Below, one piece after another: positions 1 to 9,814 of a stretch of DNA of 10,707 nucleotides. The stretch covers positions 1 to 10,707 of the forward strand of contig CAWIEK010000013.1 in assembly GCA_963835065.1 (NCBI GenBank). Direction: 5' to 3'. How positions within the stretch are numbered: the first letter of the stretch is position 1; every line of letters starts with the position of its first letter. The position numbers and the translations under genes are program-made. The notes beneath the pieces are model-generated. The model made no database searches. It was given only the letters and a program-made list of their open reading frames with translations, and was not told where the DNA came from. This DNA comes from an uncultured Chthonomonadaceae bacterium. GTDB lineage: Bacteria > Armatimonadota > Chthonomonadetes > Chthonomonadales > Chthonomonadaceae.

Positions 1-25
1 CAAGCCCGACACTTACCGCTACTAA
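1..25 (+). CDS. ahcY: 3' end of S-adenosylhomocysteine hydrolase (adenosylhomocysteinase); gene runs in from the left edge
   Basis: Frame 2 reads AAG CCC GAC ACT TAC CGC TAC TAA = KPDTYRY*, matching the conserved AhcY C-terminus GP(F/Y)KP(D/E)xYRY*. A terminator follows directly. Only 7 codons are visible. Confidence 0.75.
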
Positions 26-45
26 AGCCGGTACAACAACCAAAG

Positions 46-87
46 CAACACCCGCCTGCATATTTCGCAGGCGGGTGTTGTGTTTTT
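46..87 (+). terminator. Rho-independent terminator, probably bidirectional
   Basis: Perfect 14-bp stem CAACACCCGCCTGC (46-59) / GCAGGCGGGTGTTG (67-80) with a 7-nt loop, followed by TGTTTTT. It lies between convergent genes. Confidence 0.85.
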
Positions 88-206
88 GCAGCAGGCGTTA
101 CACAACGATGGTCACTGTAGTTGTCAGCCGTATGTTTTTTCGTTGGGCTACTTTTTGCGTGAACAAACTCCTTTGGTCGCAGACCGATCATCCGCAGGCT
201 TGTGAG

Positions 207-226
207 ACAGGCCGTTCACGGCCTGT
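207..226. repeat. Short GC-rich palindrome (hairpin or REP-like) just after the NLR-like gene stop
   Basis: ACAGGCCGT-TC-ACGGCCTGT, 5 nt past the TAA at 232-234. No clear U-tract. Confidence 0.5.
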
Positions 227-231
227 GCAGA

Positions 232-2779
232 TTATTGTACTCTTCTCTGAGGGATAGTCCGCAGGTTTTCACGCACTGTTCTGGTATTCGGATGTTCCGG
301 TCCCAATGCGTGTTCAACAATGTTTAATGCCTGTATATACAGCGGTTCGGCTTCGGTGTAGCGGCTTTGTGAATTGTACAATGTTGTAGATCGTTGAGGC
401 TGTTTGCAATGTCAGGATGGTTTCCCGGTAACGTTTTGCGCCGAATGTCTAATGCATGCATATACAGGGTTCGGCTTCGGGTAGAGGCCTTGTGCCTCGT
501 ACAACCCCGCCAGAGTGTTGAGGTCAATAGCGTAGTCTAGGATGTTGTTGCCCAATGGGAACACGGTCAATCTGTCCTCAACGCTTCTTTGATATAGCGG
601 TTCGGCTTCGGCGTAGAGGCCTTGTGACTCATACAACCTCGCCAGATTGTTGAGACTCGTGGCAAGGCGTGGATGACCTTCTGGCAACATTTTGCGCCCA
701 ATATCCAGTGCCTGCACCAACAGCGGTTCGGCTTCGGCATAACGTCCCTGCGTCAAGTACAAGTTCGCGGATTGTTGAGACTTATAGCAACATGCGGATG
801 TTGTTCACCCAACGCCATGCGGTCAATGTCCAACGCCTGCAAGAAATAGAGGTTCGGCTTCAGTATAGCGGCCTTGTGACACATACAACCCCGCCAGATT
901 GTTGAGGCTAGTGGCAATGTCAGGATGACCTTCCGGCTGCGTTTTGCGCCCAATATCCAGCGCCTGCCCGTACAACGGCTCGGCGAGCAAATACTCTGCG
1001 CGACCTTGCAGATAAAGCCCTGTCTCATTATAAAGTGCGGCTGCATCCGCAGTTTCTATTTTATAGTGCCTGCTATATTCGACACAGGCCAGTTGATGGG
1101 GAAGCAGTCTATCCAATTGCTGCCAGTGGGTATAGTCGTAGCCGGGCCAGATGGCAACGAGCACGGCGATAAGACGCTCCACGCAGGCGCGTTGTGCTTG
1201 TTCTTCCAGTCGCGCCCGGACAGCGACCTGCACCAGACGGTGAACGGCGAAACTTCTGTCGTCTGTATCTACCGAAATCAGCGAATAACCGGCAGGAAGC
1301 AGCAGGAGTTCTATCAAGTACAGGGCCTGTTCGCCGGCAGGGTTCAGCATTGTCGCCAACGCCGGTCCTAATTCGTTCGCTCCCTGCAGAAAAATCTCGA
1401 ATGGAATGGCGTCGGGAGCGAAACGCGCTCAGGTTCAGCAGTTCCGCCGCCGCCGGGTTGCGTTCCTCAACCACGCGGAAGTTCGGCTCCCAGGTTGCAA
1501 GGACGGTTTCGCGATAATCTCCCTGCAAAGGACGGCTTGTGCGGAGCAAATCGGCGCGGCGCTCTCGAAAATCGTGCAAGTAAGATTGTATATCGCGCTT
1601 TTGCTGCGTCATGTAGGACGCGGCGAGTTCTAAGGCCAGCGGCAGGCCGTCGAGTTCCTGTGCCAGTTCCTCTGCCGCACTGCGCTCGGCCTCCGAATAC
1701 CCCTGTGGATAGATACGCTGCAGCAAATACTCCCGCGCATCCGTTTCCGGCAGGGTTTCCAGCCGCAAAACCGACACGTTTCCCAACCGGGAGAACTGTC
1801 GGGCGCGGGAGGTCAGCACAATATGACCAGCGGGACGTTCGGGGAGGAAAGGACGAACGCTTTCCGGCGCGTCCGCGTTATCGAGGATGAGCAAATAGCC
1901 TTCGTTGTCCTGAAGCCAGGAGCGTACCGCGCTGCGTATGGCGTCTGCCTCCATAGCGTTCTGCTCCGGCAGGTCGAGCGTTCGCGCGATCTGCCGGTAT
2001 CCGGCGCTGGAGCGCTTTCATTTTCCGCTGACGTCCACAAAACGGCGCGGTACTCGTCCCGATGCCGGTAAGCGTACTCACATGCCGTTTGTGTCTTGCC
2101 GATGCCTCCCAATCCCGAAATCGCCTGCGTCAGCAGGACGTTTTTGCGGTCTTGCAGCGCATCGCGCAGGGCTTGCAATTCCGCTTCTCTGCCGACAAAG
2201 TGCGGATTGCGCGGCATGGGAACCATGAAAACTCTTTTCGTCTCCTCCCCAATGCCAATCGTCATTGCCCCGCTGCCCTTCGCCACAAGTCGGGGCGACT
2301 CTGGCGCAATTCCAACTGTACAAAGAACCAGCGATTGAGGTCTGGAATGGCCTGTCGGACACGTTGGGCGAAGTCGTAGGACATCGGCCAGATTCTGCTT
2401 CAGGGGAAAATGCGCCAGATTGTCCCGACAAAAGTTGAGGACCCGGAGTGAATCCTCCAGCGTTTCGTCTTTCGAGAACACCTCCGCGCTCCAAACCATC
2501 GAGACGATTCCCTCCGGCAGTTGGCGGAACTGCTGCATCAGGAAATCGGCGACTTTCACGGCAGATCGGTGTCGGGGCAAAGGTGAGCGTATGGAACGGG
2601 ATTTGCTGCGCGGCAAACATTTGTCGCAATCGGTCTGTCGCCCGCTCCCGCAGGAGATCGGACTCGATACTCCACGCGGGCGAATCCATCGGAGACCACT
2701 TCGCCCCATAGAGCAAGGTGCGCCACCACTTCTTCAATGGCAACCGGGAAGTGAAGGCATAGGTTCTGTCAGGTTCCAC
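232..2779 (-). pseudogene. NLR-like STAND protein: N-terminal degenerate NTPase-like domain + NB-ARC + TPR repeats; multiply frameshifted as sequenced
   Basis: Stitching minus-strand frames gives, in order: GTG start at 2779; GFARVEY...LRVLNFCRDNLAHFPLKQIW...AIPDLNRWFFVQLEL; VPMPRNPHFVGRE; Walker A GLGGIGKT (2092-2115); Walker B YLLILDNAD (~1870-1897); IVLTSR; GLPLAL (~1631-1648); VHRLVQ; TPRs of type HPDIATSLNNLAGLY..QGRY.EAEPL; terminal LGPEHPNTRTVRENLRTIPQRRVQ* with TAA at 234-232. Confidence 0.85.
260..1050 (-). repeat. About 6 tandem 42-aa TPR units (~126-bp period) in the NLR-like gene
   Basis: GGTTCGGCTTC (encoding EAEP on the minus strand) recurs near 344, 468, 599, 725 and 851. The translated units share the SLNNLA.LY..QG.Y.EAEPL..QAL pattern. 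Confidence 0.85.
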
Positions 2780-4231
2780 TTATCCGGTTCCACCAGGGAC
2801 GATTCCCTGCTTGTCGCGTTGGACGCGGTTTTGCTCGCGGGCAACATATCTACCCATATGACGGCAATGCCAGATCTCGCACCCACCATGTTCCGTTGAA
2901 CTCTTGCACGGCTTGCGCGCGGAGCAGAGAGTTAAGTTTTGCGTCTCGGATGCGGGCTTCCGGTTTTTGTTCATAGATTTGCAGCAGCTCTATCCTCCTT
3001 TTCTCCCCTGTGACGTCAATGCCACTTCACCCGCGGGCCTGGTCCCGCGACGCCCCTTCGAACTCTCTCTTTCTGGAAACGGTAAAGCGCTCGATCCACG
3101 TCCTTACCCCCGATTTTGGGGTCGGGAACGTTGCTAAGGATAGCGTAACGCGCTGCCGCCGCTGTCATTGCCAGCAACTGATTGATGTTCCCGCCGCTCC
3201 CAACAATCAATCGCTCCTGTTGTCCCACTTCAAAGGAAGGGCTTCCTCCATTCGTTTGTCGAGGATGTCTTTCATCGCGGCGCGTCCCTCCACATGCAGG
3301 GAGTGGTCGGGGCGAAACACAGGGGTATCGGGCAGAGTCAGGGGTTCCGCCAGACAAGCGCGGCAGTTTCGTCCCTTTCTCTGGATAAATGAAGACTGAG
3401 CGGAATGTTGAAGATCAAAGGCGTGTTGAGGTTTTGCAGGATGTTGGAGTAGTTCAGAAACAGGTTTTCGATTTCGACCAACCGGGATGCCGGGCTTGTC
3501 GAAGCTCTCGCCGACAAAAACCCAGGAGCAATCCACCGCATGACCGAGCAACTGATTACATTCTTTCAGCAAAGCGTTCAATAATTCTATGAGGTCATAA
3601 ATACGCCTGGGAGGATAGTTGACAACCTTCTCTTCACGATCAGCGGAGAGTTTTATATCGCCCCGAATTCTGGCAAACAGCGTAACAAATTTCTTTTGGG
3701 CCACCAGGCTGTCTTCCGCGAATTGACGCGGACTTCACCCTCCGTTTCGATCTCACCAACTTCTTTTTCTGTTTGTGTCACCGTGACGTTGTTGTACCAA
3801 TTCCAAATGTTTTCCAGCTAGCTTTTGGAAGGCGGGTATCCTGTGCCTGCCCCCTTCTTCCACTGGTTTTGAGGTTTCTTCCACGAGTTTAATCATCATA
3901 ACCAGTAACACGTCGAACGGCTTGAAGTTGATGGGGTCGATTTCCTCACGGACATCAAAGCGGATGAAGCGAAACTTCCCTTGCATTTCATTGATAAGAC
4001 GCGACAGTTCTGTAGATTTTCCGCAGCCGGAATGACCAATCAGAAAAGCTTTGTAGGGATTATCTTTATCGGCTTCAGAAAGTCCAAATTGATGTGGGCA
4101 ATTTTATTGTCACCACGCACCTGATTCGGTTCCGAACTATAGAAATCTCTGAGTTCTTCCGGTTTTTCCAATGGCTTTGGGGTCAATACTTTGAGCGCTT
4201 CACGAAGGGTGGTGGCTTTCCTGGTAATCAT
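2780..4231 (-). pseudogene. P-loop (AAA+/STAND-like) ATPase of about 480 aa; multiply frameshifted as sequenced
   Basis: ATG at 4231 with GGAGA RBS. Stitched frames give: MITRKATTLREALKVLTPKPL; Walker A FLIGHSGCGKSTEL (4011-4037 core); Walker B-like WVFVGESFDK (3495-3524); LFLNYSNILQNLNTPLIFNIP; LPDTPV...ILDKR; SGGNINQLL; LLRAQAVQEFNGTWW; end IVPGGTG* (TAA 2782-2780). Confidence 0.85.
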
Positions 4232-4365
4232 CGGATTTCTCCGAACATTACAGACATATAAAGGAAGTCTACGGCCACAAATGGCATACTGATAGTATAC
4301 CTTTTCTTGATAAACAGGTCGCATACGTCTGCCAAAGCCCAAGAGTAAGCATCCCGTACTAAACT

Positions 4366-4743
4366 ATGATGCAATTCACTACGGAACGTTTGTCAATCAG
4401 GTTTGCAGGAATGGAACCACGCCGCCGTGAACTATGCCGCATGAAGGAACCGGTTTTGGGGTTGCTGCGCATGGGAGAAGACATCTCTGTTCACGCAACC
4501 TTTGGAAAACTGAATACGCAATCCATATTGGAAACAGCGCCTCGTCTACGGTATCGCGTCCAGGAGCGTGAATATCAGGGTATTGGCAAAGTGTGGTAGT
4601 GCGATTGAATGTCGAATGCATTTTACAGGCCGCAGGGCGGTAACCTTGTTGTCTCTCCCAGACCGCAGATTATCCCCTTCTATCGGCATCTCGGCTTTCA
4701 GCAATCACGCAGAAACCCCAGATATTTCTTTATTCGCGCATAA
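4366..4743 (+). pseudogene. GNAT-family N-acetyltransferase, disrupted by compensating indels; start uncertain
   Basis: The frame of ORF 4366 gives ILETAP...REYQGIGKV (acetyl-CoA-binding motif A, 4567-4593). After stops at 4597 and 4606 the same frame resumes with GGNLVVSPRPQIIPFYRHLGF (motif B, 4678-4698) and ends at TAA 4741-4743. An adjacent frame bridges the gap as VVRLNVECILQ. Confidence 0.65.
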
Positions 4744-4790
4744 GCAGGCATGCTGTTGCTGCAAAGCGTTTTGGTAAGGAGTGAAGATTA

Positions 4791-5742
<952 letters not shown>

Positions 5743-5930
5743 CGGTTGTCCCCTTACTCGTTCCGAGACCAGGCGCAGCGCCTCGGGGTTTCCGTCCGTT
5801 ACTTGTTCTTACGCTTTCATTATCGGCAGCAATGGAATCACTTCCATACCCGGAGTTTTGGACTCCTAGCTTCTTATACGCATCTCCTACCAGAGAATGA
5901 CGCCTTTTGCGGCAGGGATGTTCGCAAAAG

Positions 5931-5960
5931 TTGACACTCCGCGCCTGTGTTGGCTACAAT
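5931..5960 (+). promoter_or_regulatory. sigma70-type promoter of the ABC operon
   Basis: TTGACA (5931-5936), 18-nt spacer, TACAAT (5955-5960), 33 nt upstream of the ATG at 5994. Confidence 0.7.
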
Positions 5961-5993
5961 AGCAGGAATTTTTTTTCGGTTCGCGGAGCTGCC

Positions 5994-7649
5994 ATGCCTG
6001 ATGCACCTACTAACGCCCCTAAGCCTGACGCGCCACTGGATGCCGCCGGCAATTATATCGTGCAAATGGAGAACATTACCAAGCGGTTCCCCGGCGTGGT
6101 GGCGAACCAAAACGTGCATTTGCGCGTGGTTCCCGGCACGTTTCACGCGGTCATCGGCGAAAACGGCGCGGGCAAATCCACGCTGCTCAACATTCTGTAT
6201 GGCCGTTATCGCCCGGACGCGGGGCGCATTTTTGTAAACGGCGAGGAAGTCACCCACGCCCTGCGCGCGCCTGCCGATGCGATCCGGCGCGGCATTGGTT
6301 TGGTCAGCCAGCATTACGCGCTGATACCGGCTTTGACGGTAATCGAAAACGTGATGCTTGGAGCCGAGGGCGGCCTGCCCGGCGGATTGTTGCAGCCACG
6401 CAAAGCCGGGGCGCGGGCGCAGCAGCTTGCGGAACAGCTCGGATTGGCGCAGCTTGACCTGAATATGCGGGCAGAACGGCTGTCCGTCGCCGCGCAGCAA
6501 AAAGTGGAGATACTCAAGGCGCTGTACCGGGGCGCGCGCATCCTGCTGCTGGACGAGCCGACCGCAACGCTTGCCCCGCAGGAAGTCGAGTCGCTGTTCG
6601 CCCTGCTGCACACGCTGGCCGCGCAGGGTTCCACCATTCTGTTCGTCACCCACAAACTGCGCGAAGTGATGGCGCACAGCCACTGCGTCAGCGTCCTGCG
6701 GGCGGGGCAAAGCGTGGGCGATTATGTCACGGCGCAAACAAGTGAAGCGGAACTGCTGCGAGCCATGATCGGCGCGCGCACCAATGCGGCGGTAACGCTG
6801 AATATGGAGGAAGGGAACAGGGAACAGGGAACAGAAGGAACTCAATTGGCAATCGGCAATCGGCAATCGGCAATTCCTACTCAACACCCTTCCCCTTTGC
6901 TTCAAATCGAAAACGTGACGGTTCGGAACGCGCGGGGGGCGGAAGCCGCGCAAAGCGTGTCGCTGAATGTGGGGCGGGGCGAAATTTTGGGCATTGCGGG
7001 CGTGGACGGAAGCGGGCAGCGCGAACTTTCCGAAGCGGTTGTCGGCCTGCTGCGCATGGAAGCGGGGCGCTTGTTTCTGGAGGGCGTGGACATTACCCGA
7101 TCCAACGTGCGGGGCAGGCAGCAAGCCGGAATCGCGTACATTCCCGAAGACCGTCACCGGGCCGGCATGATTTTGGATTTCTCGATTGCGGAAAACTATC
7201 TGCTCGGCCATGAGCGCGAACCGGCATGGGGTGGCGGCGGAACATTGGACACCAGCCTTTTGCTGTCGCGCGCCCGGACAATGGTGGAGCGTTACGACGT
7301 GCGCGGCGGCACACGGGGCGGGCAGGCTCCGGGCGGCGCGCTGTCGGGCGGCAATCAGCAGAAAGTGGTGTTTGCCCGCGCTATGGATTCCGGCCCGCGC
7401 CTGCTTGTGGCCTGTCAGCCGACGCGCGGTTTGGATGTGGAAGCCGCGCGTTTCGTCTATAAAACGCTGGAACGCGCCAAAGCGGACGGGTTGGGCGTCC
7501 TGCTGTTTTCACTGGACTTGGACGAAGTGCTGCGCCTGTCGGATCGCATCGCCGTGATGTTCAACGGGCGTATCGCGGGCGTCCTGCCCCGCGCCGAAGC
7601 CACGCCGGAGCGGATCGGCGCGTTAATGACGGGAGCCGCGTATGAATAG
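5994..7649 (+). CDS. CUT2-family ABC transporter ATP-binding protein with two fused NBDs (nucleoside/sugar; YufO/NupO-like)
   Basis: KRFPGVVAN; Walker A GENGAGKST; LLLDEPT; THKL; degenerate second Walker A GVDGSGQRE; YIPEDR; LSGGNQQK; QPTRGLD. GGAG RBS before ATG 5994, which is preferred over the track start at 5907. Confidence 0.95.
   Translation: MPDAPTNAPKPDAPLDAAGNYIVQMENITKRFPGVVANQNVHLRVVPGTFHAVIGENGAGKSTLLNILYGRYRPDAGRIFVNGEEVTHALRAPADAIRRGIGLVSQHYALIPALTVIENVMLGAEGGLPGGLLQPRKAGARAQQLAEQLGLAQLDLNMRAERLSVAAQQKVEILKALYRGARILLLDEPTATLAPQEVESLFALLHTLAAQGSTILFVTHKLREVMAHSHCVSVLRAGQSVGDYVTAQTSEAELLRAMIGARTNAAVTLNMEEGNREQGTEGTQLAIGNRQSAIPTQHPSPLLQIENVTVRNARGAEAAQSVSLNVGRGEILGIAGVDGSGQRELSEAVVGLLRMEAGRLFLEGVDITRSNVRGRQQAGIAYIPEDRHRAGMILDFSIAENYLLGHEREPAWGGGGTLDTSLLLSRARTMVERYDVRGGTRGGQAPGGALSGGNQQKVVFARAMDSGPRLLVACQPTRGLDVEAARFVYKTLERAKADGLGVLLFSLDLDEVLRLSDRIAVMFNGRIAGVLPRAEATPERIGALMTGAAYE
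6812..6874 (+). repeat. Two adjacent heptamer tandem repeats inside the ABC ATPase inter-domain linker
   Basis: (AGGGAAC)x3 at 6812-6832 and (GGCAATC)x3 + GGCAAT at 6848-6874. Confidence 0.9.
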
Positions 7650-8820
7650 CCGCATTGCGCAATCGGGCGGGTGGGCGCGTCCCCTCCTGAGTATTGTGGC
7701 GGGACTGGCGCTGGCTGCCATTTTGATGCGGTTGTCCGGCTATGATGTGCGGGCGGCGTATGGGGCGCTGTGGAGCGGCGCGACGGGGCTGGAAGCGGGA
7801 CATGCGCGGGGCGGAAGCCAGTTCGGGTTGGGCGCGCTGCCTTACCATGTCAACCTGTACCAACTGGCGCAATCCCTGTTGCGGGTCACGCCTTTATTGC
7901 TGGCGGGGCTGGCGATTGCGCTTGCGCTGCGGGCGGGATTGTTCAACATCGGGGCGCAGGGACAAATGACGGTCGGGGCATTGGCGGCGGCGGTTGTGGG
8001 CGAGTGGGGCGCGGGGAGTGGCAAAGCGGGCGCGAGTGGCGCATTGCCGCCGTTCGTCCATATACCCCTTGTGCTGCTGGCGGGCGCGGCTGCGGGCGGA
8101 TTGTGGGGAGCCTTGCCTGGCCTGCTGAAAGCGTACCGGGGCGTCCATGAAGTGATTGCGACGATCATGCTCAATTACCTGGGCCTGAACATCGTCACAT
8201 ACCTGGTCACGCACAACTTCAAGGATGTGAAGAGTCAGGCTACGCAGACGCCGCAGATTGCCCGTTCTGCGATGCTGTCGCCCTGGGTTACGGGCAGCAA
8301 TTTGACCGTTGGTTTTGTGATTGCGTTAATTCTTGCCGTTGCAATCACGTTTCTGATAAAACGGATGAGTCTGGGGTATCAGATACGGGCGGTCGGCATG
8401 GGCGCGGAAGCGGCGCGGGCGGCGGGTATTCCGGTTGCCCGCGTGTTGATTACAACGATGTCGCTGTCGGGGGCGCTTGCCGGCATTGCGGGCGCGATTG
8501 AAGTGATGGGCATCCACCATCGTTACGTGCAGGGCGTGGCGGGCAATTACGGCTTTGATGGCATCGCGGTTGCCCTTCTTGGCGGGTTGGGCGGGTTGGC
8601 CGTCACCCTGAGCGCATTTTTCTTTGGCTTACTCGCGTCCGGCGCGGATTACATGCAGACCCTGACGAACGTGCCCGATTCGGTAGCCGTGATCGTGCAG
8701 GCATTGGTGATTTTGTTTGTCGGCGTTCGGCTGATGCGGGGCGAAAAGCGCGAAGCCGCCCCCATTGCGCCAACGCCGACTGCGCAGGAAGGATCTGCCA
8801 CGCAACATGCCCCCCTCTAA
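7642..8820 (+). CDS. Nucleoside/sugar ABC transporter permease (YufP/NupP-like)
   Basis: Hydrophobic protein with GLFNIGAQGQ, HEVIATIMLNY, GYQIRAVG and GFDGIAVALLG motifs. Overlaps the upstream stop by 8 nt. Confidence 0.93.
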   Translation: MNSRIAQSGGWARPLLSIVAGLALAAILMRLSGYDVRAAYGALWSGATGLEAGHARGGSQFGLGALPYHVNLYQLAQSLLRVTPLLLAGLAIALALRAGLFNIGAQGQMTVGALAAAVVGEWGAGSGKAGASGALPPFVHIPLVLLAGAAAGGLWGALPGLLKAYRGVHEVIATIMLNYLGLNIVTYLVTHNFKDVKSQATQTPQIARSAMLSPWVTGSNLTVGFVIALILAVAITFLIKRMSLGYQIRAVGMGAEAARAAGIPVARVLITTMSLSGALAGIAGAIEVMGIHHRYVQGVAGNYGFDGIAVALLGGLGGLAVTLSAFFFGLLASGADYMQTLTNVPDSVAVIVQALVILFVGVRLMRGEKREAAPIAPTPTAQEGSATQHAPL

Positions 8821-9700
8821 CGTGATTGCCGCTTTTGTTTCCGCCACGCTGTTCAGCGCCACGCCGCTTGTGCTGGCCGCGATGGGCGGCATCCTGTCCG
8901 AACGGGCGGGCGTGGTCAACATCGCTTTGGAAGGCTTGATTTTAACGGGCGCGTTCGTGGGCGTGGTTGCGGAACAAAGCGCGCATAGTTTGGGCGCGGG
9001 CGCGGCGAGTTTCGGATTGGCGGCAGCGGTGCTGGCGGGCGGCTTGCTCGGCCTGCTCCACGCCCTGCTGACCCAAAAACTGCGCATGAACCACGTCGTC
9101 AGCGGCCTGGGCATCAACTTGCTGGCGGCGGGCGCGACCCGGTATTTGAGCCTGCGCCTATTCCCGTCCGGCATCTCCGTCGTGGGACTGTCGGGCAATC
9201 TGTTTCTTGGCCTGGCGATTGTCCTGCCGTTTGTGGTCTACTGGCTGCTGACGCGCACCACGTTCGGCCTGCGATTGCGCGCAGTAGGCGAAAACCCGGA
9301 AAGCGCGCGTATGGCAGGCATTTCGCCCGCGCTGCCCCGTTATTTCGCGGTCACATTGTCGGGGATGCTGGCGGGACTGGCGGGCGCGTACCTGTCGCAG
9401 GCCGAGACGCGCAATTTTTCCAGCAATATGTCGGCGGGCCGGGGGTACATCGCGCTTGCCGCCGTGATCTTCGGCAAGTGGACGCCGCAGGGAGCCGCAT
9501 TGGGCGCGTTGTTTTTCGGCTTCTGCTACGTCCTGCAAACGCAGCTTCAAATAATGGGCAAGCACATCGTCTTTTTGGGCGTGGAGTGGACAAGCCCCTA
9601 CCTGCTCGACGGCCTGCCCTATCTAATGACCCTCGCAGCTCTCGTCAGCGTGGTAGGCCGCGCAACCCCTCCCGCCGCCCTCGGCAACGAAGACGCCTGA
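8807..9700 (+). CDS. Nucleoside/sugar ABC transporter permease (YufQ/NupQ-like)
   Basis: SERAGVVNIALEG, GLRLRAVGENP, GRGYIALAAVIFGKW, LPY and PAALG motifs. ATG at 8807 overlaps the upstream gene end. Confidence 0.93.
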   Translation: MPPSNVIAAFVSATLFSATPLVLAAMGGILSERAGVVNIALEGLILTGAFVGVVAEQSAHSLGAGAASFGLAAAVLAGGLLGLLHALLTQKLRMNHVVSGLGINLLAAGATRYLSLRLFPSGISVVGLSGNLFLGLAIVLPFVVYWLLTRTTFGLRLRAVGENPESARMAGISPALPRYFAVTLSGMLAGLAGAYLSQAETRNFSSNMSAGRGYIALAAVIFGKWTPQGAALGALFFGFCYVLQTQLQIMGKHIVFLGVEWTSPYLLDGLPYLMTLAALVSVVGRATPPAALGNEDA

Positions 9701-9785
9701 TAACCTGACGTACAGAGATTAGGATTTTCGTCTGAGATGTTGTTGAAAACCTATTGACCATGAGCAGCAACTCTTTGGTGAATTG

Positions 9786-9814
9786 TTGACAACAGCCTTC
9801 TTTTCCATTATACT
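9786..9814 (+). promoter_or_regulatory. Near-consensus sigma70 promoter
   Basis: TTGACA (9786-9791), 17-nt spacer, TATACT (9809-9814). Confidence 0.75.

Noticed and set aside
98..174. Minus-strand 22-codon TTG ORF after an AAGGAG
   Set aside because: RBS-to-start spacing is too short and there is no other support.
340..865. Periodic GGTTCGGCTTC repeats as a CRISPR array
   Set aside because: The ~126-bp period and translation show they are TPR-coding repeats. No cas genes are present.
669..3592. Many plus-strand ORFs opposite the ATPase/NLR genes
   Set aside because: Antisense shadows with no recognisable motifs. The minus strand carries the coherent domain signal.
324..4342. Treating the many minus-strand ORFs as separate small genes
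   Set aside because: Their motifs continue across frame changes and assemble into just two genes.
5763..5786. SAH-riboswitch-like string on the minus strand (CCGAG GCGCTGC ... CCTGG ... CTCGG), tempting because ahcY is nearby
   Set aside because: It lacks the full GAGCGCUGC core, the internal hairpin, the exact CCAGG and the downstream pseudoknot partner. It is also not upstream of ahcY.
5874..7211. 445-aa minus-strand ORF
   Set aside because: Antisense shadow of the GC-rich ABC ATPase gene, with no motifs of its own.
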